A stretch of 64,000 nucleotides of DNA, from positions 1-64,000 of the IMG/VR virus record IMGVR_UViG_3300033066_001396; one strand, given 5' to 3'. The position numbers and the translations under genes are program-made. Shown here piece after piece: positions 19,664 to 28,591 of the stretch. The first letter of the stretch is position 1. The number at the start of each line of letters is the position of its first letter. A model generated the notes under the pieces. It did not search any database. It was not told the DNA's origin and was given only the letters and a program-made list of their open reading frames with translations. Origin of the DNA: a virus. Its lineage: Duplodnaviria; Caudoviricetes.

Positions 19664-19920
19664 TAAGCGAAGCCAGCGGCTTTATCTGCCAAATAAGCTG
19701 CTTCTGTCGCCCAGGTCCACGTTCCGTTCTTTGAGTATCCCACATAACGAACGCCGGTAACGGAATCGTCTAAGGTGAGTGTGTTGTTGCAACAATTGAC
19801 ACCGCAGCATCGTCGTTCAGTAACACGATCAAGAACCTCACCCATATCGGTGAGGCCTTGATTTTGTTTTGTATCGTGAATCAACCCGATCTTCGCCAGT
19901 ACACCGCTAAGAACTCCCAT
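19663..19920 (-). CDS. Hypothetical protein
   Basis: TAATG coupling on both sides; RCCGVNCC motif. Confidence 0.7.
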   Translation of the reverse strand: MGVLSGVLAKIGLIHDTKQNQGLTDMGEVLDRVTERRCCGVNCCNNTLTLDDSVTGVRYVGYSKNGTWTWATEAAYLADKAAGFA

Positions 19921-21626
19921 TAGTGACTAGTTGAAGGGGTTACGGAAATAGAGATGCTAGGGGTTACGGAAATACTTTTCGTTACGGAATGTGTAATCGA
20001 TACGCTCTTAGTAACAGAAGGTGTTACGGAAGGCGTGGCATATGGTGTAGTGCTTACGCTTGGTGTTGGAGGTCCTGGGTTAGGATCTTCGGTACAAGCG
20101 ATGTCAACAATGCCATAGCAGTTATTTACATTCTTAAGCGCATTAAGATCATCTACAAGAGCTTCCTTCTGTGCGAAAGATTGGGGTATTGCAATAATAT
20201 TCCTTACCACGGTGCTACCAATCAGCCCAATAGGGTCTGCCCAATGGCCGTACGCGTTAGCCTCCCAGCTGATTACACAGTAAGGAGTAGGACAGTCAAG
20301 AAGAACTCCTTTGCTCCTGGCAATATCGAGTAGTTTGTCATATTGGCCACCTGTGCGTAACTCTGAATCATTATATCCAGGTCGTGGCTCAGAGCCATAG
20401 GCATCTTCCCACAACTGCACTCCAAATCCTTCTGGAGACACAGCCGGAACCACTATCTCAAAGACGCCATCAACAAATCCTTCGATAGCTGACACATCTA
20501 CATTGGTTGGATAATAGGTTACTGGGTAGTCACTCTTGCCAAGGCAATCACATCCTTCTTCTGCAAGGTCGCCAACGAAGCCAATGGCACAGCCATAGGT
20601 CTTGGTCTGTGATGCTGCAGAACCGCAGTTGACACAGTTTTTAGGAATAGTCCTCGAGAAGGAAACCGCTTCACTTCTACATGGATCAATATAAGTGCCA
20701 TCATGCTTGATGAGTTGAACGCCCATGCATGAGTTTATAGTAAGCTCAATGTCGATGCAGGATGAGGACAAGTCTCCATCACTGATCCAGGCTGCGCCTT
20801 GATGAGCATTGAACGCACACCATATCTCATTCAGCAGTTGATTGATTTGGCTTGCATTGGTTGTTGTAGCAGAACTGAGGGTGCCACTGAACAACGTATC
20901 TACACCCTGGATACGGACACCTTTGATGCCTGTATATGAATCACATACTCCGCAATCTCCGGCAACACCGGTAAGGCAGAAGATGTAATTAGTAGGGTTG
21001 TATACAAAGGCCTTTACAGGCTTTGGCTCTTCACGATAGTCAAAGAACCCGGCATTGTTTCCCATGGTTCCGTTAAACATATCAACCATGCCACAGGCTA
21101 TCTCACGACAATATGTGTCATCATCGCATGTATCACATGCCGCATTAACACTGGTGTCATAGGAAATAGGATACCTAGCCGCCTTATCCATTGCATACTC
21201 CTGGCGAGTACGGTTGGATTGGATGTCTACGTTCAAACCGTAAATGGTATTCTTTCTTACACAATCAAAAAGCCATCGGCTCACTTCTCTGCGGCCTATG
21301 TTGGGGGCAACAGCGTGCATACTCAAAACGTTATCCGCGCTGATCTTGTCTCCAATGATCTTATCGATCCGATCAATCACCCCAAACTTATTGGCCTTGT
21401 ATTGTCCCAAAATTAAATTGGGGACATTAGGAGTGGCTGATGGGTCTACGCTGATACCGTCAGTGTTCTTATAGAACACAAACATATCAGGTAATGCTTC
21501 AGCTGGATAGGTAACTCCCTTACCCTTGATACAGTTTCCGGTAGGACAACTATGGGCTTTGATACCTGCAGGCAGAATACCATTGTCCTTGTTGCTTACC
21601 AAATACCTCTGTTTTGTTACACTCAT
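19920..21626 (-). CDS. Cys-rich putative capsid-associated structural protein with C-terminal mucin-like tag
   Basis: Third gene after MCP, where crAss-like phages encode auxiliary structural proteins; ends TPSVTKSVSITHSVTKSISVTPSISISVTPSTSH. Confidence 0.65.
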   Translation of the reverse strand: MSVTKQRYLVSNKDNGILPAGIKAHSCPTGNCIKGKGVTYPAEALPDMFVFYKNTDGISVDPSATPNVPNLILGQYKANKFGVIDRIDKIIGDKISADNVLSMHAVAPNIGRREVSRWLFDCVRKNTIYGLNVDIQSNRTRQEYAMDKAARYPISYDTSVNAACDTCDDDTYCREIACGMVDMFNGTMGNNAGFFDYREEPKPVKAFVYNPTNYIFCLTGVAGDCGVCDSYTGIKGVRIQGVDTLFSGTLSSATTTNASQINQLLNEIWCAFNAHQGAAWISDGDLSSSCIDIELTINSCMGVQLIKHDGTYIDPCRSEAVSFSRTIPKNCVNCGSAASQTKTYGCAIGFVGDLAEEGCDCLGKSDYPVTYYPTNVDVSAIEGFVDGVFEIVVPAVSPEGFGVQLWEDAYGSEPRPGYNDSELRTGGQYDKLLDIARSKGVLLDCPTPYCVISWEANAYGHWADPIGLIGSTVVRNIIAIPQSFAQKEALVDDLNALKNVNNCYGIVDIACTEDPNPGPPTPSVSTTPYATPSVTPSVTKSVSITHSVTKSISVTPSISISVTPSTSH

Positions 21627-21634
21627 TGTTTGTT

Positions 21635-22342
21635 TTATTTATTGTACATGTTTACTACTTTTTCAAACTGACTCTTGGCCTCCGCGTAATTGCCTTTGTC
21701 TCGCGACGCATAATAAACAGCTATGTCTATTATCTCGTCTGACTGCATGTCGTCAAGTTCAAAGGGCTTGTTGCTGTTTCCTAGCATAGCCCTGGCGCCT
21801 TCCTGGTAGCAGTCGTCAAGTTCTACACTGTATATGGGTGTAGGCTTGCGATAGTAATCGATGTTGACCGATTCGATGCTAAAATCCCCCTTGCCTATTC
21901 TAAGGCCCTGGGAGTTTTCATCGGCAAAGGTCCGTCGCCACAAGAAAGAGGGAGCGTAGTTAGGATCATTACTGGTATTAAACCAGTCATCACCTTGTAA
22001 CATAGGCACCTCAAGCTGAGCTACGGTATCACATCCTTCCTTCTTGGCAGTTACCACGATCATTTGTATGTCGTAGTATTCTTCCGGAAGTTCGGCTATG
22101 ATCCACTTCGGATTCTTGTTGTCAGTTATTTTCAACTTTTTATCGATAACCTCCAGCTTTCTGAGATCATATCTTACTTTGTTGTTCGTCTTTGAGATGG
22201 CTGCTCTCAGCTTAACCCAGGCGCGGTAGGCTTCATTAAAGTAGCCGTCCCATTCCTCGGTATTTATCTCCTCTGAGCCATTAGATGTTACTCTGTCAAA
22301 CCTTCGTTTGAGCTCACTATGTATTTGGAGATTGCTGACCAT
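21635..22342 (-). CDS. Putative neck/ring (head-tail connector) protein, crAss-like conserved gene
   Basis: Position after MCP; EEWDGYFNEA, DLRKL, ELPEEY, IDYYRKP, EIIDIAV pattern resembles ring/adaptor proteins. Confidence 0.6.
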   Translation of the reverse strand: MVSNLQIHSELKRRFDRVTSNGSEEINTEEWDGYFNEAYRAWVKLRAAISKTNNKVRYDLRKLEVIDKKLKITDNKNPKWIIAELPEEYYDIQMIVVTAKKEGCDTVAQLEVPMLQGDDWFNTSNDPNYAPSFLWRRTFADENSQGLRIGKGDFSIESVNIDYYRKPTPIYSVELDDCYQEGARAMLGNSNKPFELDDMQSDEIIDIAVYYASRDKGNYAEAKSQFEKVVNMYNK

Positions 22343-23348
22343 CGTTTAGTTTGGCGTTATCTGCCAGGCTATCCTCATATGCTCCAAGATCATCCTTGGC
22401 CTGTTTTCTGCGTTGCTTGATACCGGCCTTCAGGTCTTTAACCACCTTCTCGTTCATTGCCATCTTCATGAAGTCAACACACTCATCCTCATGGCGTCCA
22501 AGAATAACTCCATTGAAGGTGTACATATCCTCATCATTAAGAGAGATAAGCCTTGTGCGTCTTCCATCCATGAATGTATCGTACAGCATCATGGTCTCTT
22601 TGTTGAAGTTTAAGAACTTCTCAAACCATGCAGCCCTGGACTTGGGTCCTAGAGTGATAGGGCTTGCCTTGATCACCGCAAACACCCGGCCTTTGATAAT
22701 ATCGTCACTTGTCTCTGGACGAACTTCGATATTCCACAACTTGGCCAGGACAGTCAATTGTGGCCGTCCCATCTCTTTTAATTTGGCGCCAATATTGATC
22801 TCTGACATTGCTGCTGTCTCTCTTGCGGCCTCCATATGCTCAATGAGTCCTATTGAATAGATCTCTGAGCTAAAGCTTGGCTCTTCATCACCGTATACCG
22901 GCATAAATCGCTCTTTGTCGGCAAAAAAGAATGCTGCTATCACCTTATTGCGGGGGTTGGCATCGCTCGTGTCCATCACCACTCGACCACGGCTCATCAG
23001 CACCGTCATATCATCATTACAGAAAAAAGGCTCGTCCTTATTGAAGAAGTTGATTTCGTCAATACTTGTGATAGTCCTTTTGGTAACATCATTCATGATG
23101 GCGCACTTAGGAATCAATGCCTTAAATTGCTCCCTGGTCATGAATTTCTCGTCCCATACATAGCCACCGTTAGCTAGAGAATAGTTTATAGCTATCCTTG
23201 AACTGCCGGTAGAGCGTCCGTCAAAAGGCTCAGTCTTTATATTACGTGGATCGACGTTTGGATCATCCATGTCGCCACCTAGCATAACTTTGGCATCGCG
23301 TAAAAACGGTGCCGTTCTGAGAAGTTCAATTACTACTTGTTGTCCCAT
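22317..23348 (-). CDS. Conserved protein immediately downstream of MCP (crAss-like)
   Basis: Likely start MGQQVV at 23348, removing the overlap with MCP; C-term YTFNGVILGRHEDECVDFM; stop is TAG-TGA. Confidence 0.6.
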   Translation of the reverse strand: MGQQVVIELLRTAPFLRDAKVMLGGDMDDPNVDPRNIKTEPFDGRSTGSSRIAINYSLANGGYVWDEKFMTREQFKALIPKCAIMNDVTKRTITSIDEINFFNKDEPFFCNDDMTVLMSRGRVVMDTSDANPRNKVIAAFFFADKERFMPVYGDEEPSFSSEIYSIGLIEHMEAARETAAMSEINIGAKLKEMGRPQLTVLAKLWNIEVRPETSDDIIKGRVFAVIKASPITLGPKSRAAWFEKFLNFNKETMMLYDTFMDGRRTRLISLNDEDMYTFNGVILGRHEDECVDFMKMAMNEKVVKDLKAGIKQRRKQAKDDLGAYEDSLADNAKLNDGQQSPNT

Positions 23349-23364
23349 ATACTTTGTTGATTGA

Positions 23365-24921
23365 TTACTGAACGTTAGGGTAAAACCATACCATATCCTC
23401 TGGGTTACGCAAGTTGAAACCAATGGTTTTCTGCCAGTGGAGTTCATAGTATGCACCAGAGTGAGAACTGTTTCGTCGGTTAATATTCGAACTCATATTG
23501 GACGGTCCAAGAGGACCCCACATACCAATGATGTAGTTGTAAGCTTCGCTGTTTGCTTTCTCAATGGTCTCGATGTTCTTTTTAGCAGAACCTTTGATAC
23601 CAAGGTTGAAAACAAATCCCCACCAGCTACTAATCGGATGGCCTTCCAGTTTTAAGTCTGGGCCAAAGAAGTGCGGGCTGTCAAGATCTGGCCAGTGTGT
23701 AGCCAAAAGCGATCCATATGGATCAAAATTGATCTTGGTGAATTGTTTGGTATTGAAAGCAACACCTTCGCGATTTGTTTTGTCTATTGCCTCTGCACCG
23801 GTAGTCATATCGCGGAAATTGGTGACGAAACCGGACATACCAAACTCTCTCTTGTTGCTGTTGATCAATGCTTCTGTGAATTTATATCCACCAGCAGCAA
23901 TCCAGTTGTAGTCAGAGAATCGTAATCGACCGTTGACCACACCTTGCAGCTGATCAAATACGTATCGAGAACTTAATTTTCCTGCAAAATACTGGCGAGT
24001 GGTAGAGTACGTAGCATACCCGAAGAAACCGGTTCCCACATTTACATGATATCCGGAACTTGCGTCCTCGACATCAGAAGCGGTCAAAGGAGCAGCGTTG
24101 GCCGTTCCCCACAGGTAGAAGTCTTCTTGCTCCACATGAGTCTGTGCCACAAATTCTGCCTCCGCAAAGTCAACGATTTTTTCACCTAGGTCATCCATTC
24201 CGAACTGTGCCTTGTCGAAGCAGTTTTTGAACACCAGGTAAGTTGCTTGGGCTTTGTCAGTGACTTTCATCTCTTTGGTAAGAGTAGTCATGTTGTTGCC
24301 GTATTCTATCCATCCTTTGTTGAAGGAACTCATGTAAGAACCTCTCTTGCTGGTGGCTTCGCCGCCAGCACTGAATCTTTTCTCCCATTTGGTGTTTGAG
24401 GTCAGATATCTTTTCTCAAAGAATTCACCTGTAACGCTAGTGAACTTTACCTTGTACAGATATCCACGACCATATTTCTCTGGCCGCTGAGACACTACCC
24501 GTACCTGCTTTTGTTTGGCATTAGCCGGGGAGATATAGTCTCCATATTTCAGGCGCCCTTCGTTTAATACAAGAGGGAAGACATCGCCGCCCTTTCCAGG
24601 ACATTCGTCGTCTTCATTAAGATCCTGCAACACAACCATATAGTCGTGCCCATCAAATCGCTGTTTATAGCTGAAAAACTCGGTGGTCACCGTTCTTTTG
24701 GTGCCATATTCCTCCATGATCTTTTTGAAAGGATGGCGATAATTGGTATAGTCTTCCAGCGCAGTGGTTATCTTCTGCCATGGCATATCTGATATGTCTG
24801 CGACTGTACGTATACCAGGCAATGAAGCGGTAAGGAGGTTCTGGTCGATGTACGAACTAAGAAACTCTCTTTTGTTTACATTTACCTTGTTTACAACAAA
24901 CTGCGATTCTTGAAATCTCAT
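23365..24921 (-). CDS. Major capsid protein (crAss-like, HK97 fold)
   Basis: 518 aa; order TerL-portal-acidic protein-this gene; GNNMTTLTKEMKVTD, EDFYLWG, NVGTGFF segments. Confidence 0.8.
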   Translation of the reverse strand: MRFQESQFVVNKVNVNKREFLSSYIDQNLLTASLPGIRTVADISDMPWQKITTALEDYTNYRHPFKKIMEEYGTKRTVTTEFFSYKQRFDGHDYMVVLQDLNEDDECPGKGGDVFPLVLNEGRLKYGDYISPANAKQKQVRVVSQRPEKYGRGYLYKVKFTSVTGEFFEKRYLTSNTKWEKRFSAGGEATSKRGSYMSSFNKGWIEYGNNMTTLTKEMKVTDKAQATYLVFKNCFDKAQFGMDDLGEKIVDFAEAEFVAQTHVEQEDFYLWGTANAAPLTASDVEDASSGYHVNVGTGFFGYATYSTTRQYFAGKLSSRYVFDQLQGVVNGRLRFSDYNWIAAGGYKFTEALINSNKREFGMSGFVTNFRDMTTGAEAIDKTNREGVAFNTKQFTKINFDPYGSLLATHWPDLDSPHFFGPDLKLEGHPISSWWGFVFNLGIKGSAKKNIETIEKANSEAYNYIIGMWGPLGPSNMSSNINRRNSSHSGAYYELHWQKTIGFNLRNPEDMVWFYPNVQ

Positions 24922-24940
24922 TTTTCTGTAGTTTAATTAT

Positions 24941-26026
24941 TTAATATGTTCTTGATTCTAATTCTTCGATTATTCTTGGGTTGTGAGCAGGCGTTTTCTT
25001 GCCGATCAAAACTTTTTTGTCTGAGTTGAAAACAGCGCTACTAAGCTGTTTTTCTAGGTCGTTGCCAAATGCTTTAGCACCGGCAGCCATAGGCATTCGC
25101 AGATCCATACCCTCTGCAATCAATACCATTAACTTGGCAGCCTTCACCGGGTCTTTGCGGATATCAAGCAGGTTTTTTACGTACTTACTTACCGTATCGG
25201 TAGTGCCATCATCATAAGTCACCTTTTCGGTGTCTTCGTAGATGGCGTCAAGTTGTGCCTTGGTAATGCTGTCGTCATTTTTTACGCCAAACAGATCTCC
25301 CTTTCTTATAACCTCTTTAACCTGATCATTAAAGGAGATATCTGCCTTGTCATCATTGTTTAGTTTGTCCAGGATTCCACGCTTAAAAGCATCTCGTTGC
25401 GTGCCGGCAAACTTTACCGATTCGGCAACCAGGTCTTCAAAATCTTCTGAATACTCATCAATATTGTCAATAGCCCTGCGCTGAGCTTTCCCCGTAAGGG
25501 TAGACTCATACATGTGGGCTATAACCGCCTTAGCGTTGTTTATTAATGCCTCTTGCTCTCCTTTACTGGTATTTTCGTCTATTTTAAAGTTGAAATTAGC
25601 GTAAGCATTCAGCTTGTTAAACTGCTCTTGCTCAGGGAATTTAAGCTGCCCGGAGTTAAGCATCTTGCTGGTCTCAAACATCTCGTCCGTCCATCCTTTG
25701 CGCTTAGCATATTGCTCTGCAATTTTTTCGGGATCGCCGATCGCTACCTCCTTAGCCTTTTTAAAGACATCTTTGATCGTTGCTTTTTCGTCAAGTTCTC
25801 CGATGTCAATACCTTCATCTTTAAGCATTCGGCTCAAGACCATTGGTACGCTTAGGTTCTGGGGGGCTTCTTCTTCAGATTGAGTCTCCTCTTTTTCTGG
25901 AATCTGTGGGGCAGGCACCTCTTTGGTGTCTGGCAAAGCTTTCTCTAGTGCATCAAATGGATCACCTGTGGCTACCTCACCATAAGTTGATTCATCAAGC
26001 ATTTCTATTACGCCTTTCTTTTCCAT
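24941..26026 (-). CDS. Acidic helical protein between portal and MCP (scaffold-like)
   Basis: Highly E/D/K-rich; conserved position in the head module. Confidence 0.55.
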   Translation of the reverse strand: MEKKGVIEMLDESTYGEVATGDPFDALEKALPDTKEVPAPQIPEKEETQSEEEAPQNLSVPMVLSRMLKDEGIDIGELDEKATIKDVFKKAKEVAIGDPEKIAEQYAKRKGWTDEMFETSKMLNSGQLKFPEQEQFNKLNAYANFNFKIDENTSKGEQEALINNAKAVIAHMYESTLTGKAQRRAIDNIDEYSEDFEDLVAESVKFAGTQRDAFKRGILDKLNNDDKADISFNDQVKEVIRKGDLFGVKNDDSITKAQLDAIYEDTEKVTYDDGTTDTVSKYVKNLLDIRKDPVKAAKLMVLIAEGMDLRMPMAAGAKAFGNDLEKQLSSAVFNSDKKVLIGKKTPAHNPRIIEELESRTY

Positions 26027-26031
26027 TGGGT

Positions 26032-26039
26032 CAAATTTA
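26032..26039 (-). promoter_or_regulatory. -7 element TAAATTTG, 5 nt before the ATG of the scaffold/MCP operon
   Basis: CAAATTTA on + strand. Confidence 0.55.
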
Positions 26040-26074
26040 TTTTTGTTAATTAATATATTACACGTGTATCAGCT

Positions 26075-28591
26075 TTACTTTTTGACTTTTGTGGCTAAGC
26101 GTTTCACTTTTAAGGACGCCTCGATCTTTTTTAAATCGATTTCTCTGTCAATAGCCATCTGTTTTTCCTTAAGTCTTCGGTCTTTTTCATCCCTTTGGCG
26201 CTCGTACTCCAGGGTAGCATCGTTGCGCTGGTTGATATCGCTTTGGTTGTCTTTGTCAACATCTACCGCATTATACATTTGCTTGCTATTGATGTCGGCC
26301 AGTTCAATAGCTGTCATGTTCTTATCGGTAGCCAATTTGTCCTGGTGCTGCAATTGCTTATCGATGGCCTCGGCCTCCTGTTGCGCCAATTGCTGTTGTT
26401 GCTGCTGCTGAGAAGCCTGTGCCTGCTCGCGCATATTCTTAGCTTTGCGGGTAAGGCTTTCTGCTGCCTGCAGTATCTCTCCCCATGACTTCGCTTGTTT
26501 GATGCGTGCAAACTCACCAATAACCTCGTAGGCTCCATTCTGGATAAATGGCAATGTCTCCTGCTTAAATTCCCTCAGAGATATCTGGTCTTCTATTGTG
26601 TTGCCAACAAAAACGCCCATGCGGCCAAAGTTCAAAAAGTCATCAGATATAAGCATCTCCATGTTCATGTCGTTAGCCACCCAGCTCAGTGCCGCAGGGT
26701 TTTTACGATACACATACATGCAGAAATCCATATACATCTGGAGAGTGTTGTTTACATATTTGTTGTGCTTATTGTACACATCAAATGTCCTGCTGCTAGC
26801 ATTTTGCTGGCTTGCCCTGACGTTTTCCATGCTTGCATATGGACTAATCTCTCGCTCCTGCGCACCCATGGCTCTTCGCATATTGCGATAAAGTATTTCA
26901 ATCTGCTCGATAGAATCTTTTATCGCAACAATATTGCTCATATCAATTGAGTTGAATATCCTACCACCCTGAAGCAGTGCTCCGGCTAGTGTGGGATTAA
27001 GCTTTGTCTCATCGAGAGATATGACCCTGGTTCCTTTCATAACATCGAAAAACATCTCTGGGGTCCAGTCATCAGGCCTGGCAGACTCCAACATCAGGAA
27101 CACTTTGCCGATATTAAATCCTTTCTCCTCTTCAAGTCTTCCAGCCTCCACGTTTACCTTTATCTGGAAGTTAATCCCTTTTTCCATTGGAGGTACAGGC
27201 TCTCCACCGGATTCGCGCCCATAAAAACCACCTGAGTACGGCAATTTTTTCTTTCTAGGATCGCTGATGTCGGCCCAGTCGTATTTAAGTGGTCCGGCAT
27301 CGATATATATTTTGTTTTTTCCCTCTCCAATAGCGCGGCATCCACGTACCTGAATACTTTTAATGGCCTTGATTTCTATGTCTCCATAGTCTGGATTCAT
27401 CACATAGTCTGAATCTCTCCAGCAAAACTCAACCCGCCCATTTACTACCCTGGTAACCATATTGATCATAATGGGGGTTTTGTAGACTATGTGGCAATCT
27501 CTGTATTTCCTGTTGGCGCCTCCACGGTAGAACATAGATCTCAGTCGCAACATAGTGTCTTGCCCTTCAGGAGTTCTTATATTTATACCATCAGGATAAA
27601 GTTCCTTGTAGTTGTCGGCATAAAAGCCCATCATCTGACTCTCAAGAATAGGTCCCTGAATATTAAAGTCTCCATTAAGACCTTGTCCAAAATTTCCAAG
27701 AGACTCAAGCTTCTCTAAATCAGATTTGCTTAATAAACCACCATAGTCATTTATTATCTCAATAAGACTCCGGTTGTTCATCTCATATTTTAATGCGTCA
27801 CCATCCTCGATACAGTCAACATCTTCTCCACCTTCCCATGAGGCTCCTTTTCGAAAGCACGTCTTTATCCTCGGCATACCATGACTCTCATATATATAAG
27901 ACATCTCAAGGCCATGATTATATCCTTGGAAAAAACGAGTATCAAAGTGATCTTTTAAATTCTTTGACTTACACTCAAGATCCAATAACATCTGAGCCAT
28001 TTCTGAAAACGGACTCACATACTCTTTGTCAAAATACTCATTGATCTTCTCCGGCATCATCTGTTGTATTCTATTAGATATGTCGGACTGCATTTGCTGT
28101 TGATCCTCATGGGACATCTGGGTGATGTCAGCGACGCCATACTGCATCATGTATTCCCTGGTTATCTTTTCCTTATACGGTTCGTAGATGTGTTTTTTTA
28201 ATCCATCTTGCAGTTGCATTAGATGAAGTCGGTTTTTTTCACTACCACTGTATAAGCTTATGTCTACGGCACTGGGCTCAAAGGGCTGTTTCTCTAGTTC
28301 CCCAATAGCCTCTCCTATAACCTGGTCGATAAGCGGGAAGTGGGGTATGGTATTAAAGTCTTTTTTCCTGGCGTGCCCATACATCTTTATATTGAGAGAG
28401 GCCATAAGTAATGGATTCAACGGCGGCATCTCTCCCTTGGCCAACTTATCTCTTAGGTGTATTTTCTGAAGAGACATTTGGTCTAATCCCATCCGGTTGT
28501 CTAACAAGAAGTGGACATCCTTATCCCATTGAAAGTCCTTTTTGTTTTTTTCATAGATGCTGGCGCTATGATTGATTTCAGTTAGTAGCAT
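26075..28591 (-). CDS. Portal protein (crAss-like)
   Basis: 838 aa after TerL; IPHFPLIDQVIGEAIGE, KLPYSG, SIDMS segments; Gln-rich C-terminal barrel helix. Confidence 0.85.
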   Translation of the reverse strand: MLLTEINHSASIYEKNKKDFQWDKDVHFLLDNRMGLDQMSLQKIHLRDKLAKGEMPPLNPLLMASLNIKMYGHARKKDFNTIPHFPLIDQVIGEAIGELEKQPFEPSAVDISLYSGSEKNRLHLMQLQDGLKKHIYEPYKEKITREYMMQYGVADITQMSHEDQQQMQSDISNRIQQMMPEKINEYFDKEYVSPFSEMAQMLLDLECKSKNLKDHFDTRFFQGYNHGLEMSYIYESHGMPRIKTCFRKGASWEGGEDVDCIEDGDALKYEMNNRSLIEIINDYGGLLSKSDLEKLESLGNFGQGLNGDFNIQGPILESQMMGFYADNYKELYPDGINIRTPEGQDTMLRLRSMFYRGGANRKYRDCHIVYKTPIMINMVTRVVNGRVEFCWRDSDYVMNPDYGDIEIKAIKSIQVRGCRAIGEGKNKIYIDAGPLKYDWADISDPRKKKLPYSGGFYGRESGGEPVPPMEKGINFQIKVNVEAGRLEEEKGFNIGKVFLMLESARPDDWTPEMFFDVMKGTRVISLDETKLNPTLAGALLQGGRIFNSIDMSNIVAIKDSIEQIEILYRNMRRAMGAQEREISPYASMENVRASQQNASSRTFDVYNKHNKYVNNTLQMYMDFCMYVYRKNPAALSWVANDMNMEMLISDDFLNFGRMGVFVGNTIEDQISLREFKQETLPFIQNGAYEVIGEFARIKQAKSWGEILQAAESLTRKAKNMREQAQASQQQQQQQLAQQEAEAIDKQLQHQDKLATDKNMTAIELADINSKQMYNAVDVDKDNQSDINQRNDATLEYERQRDEKDRRLKEKQMAIDREIDLKKIEASLKVKRLATKVKK

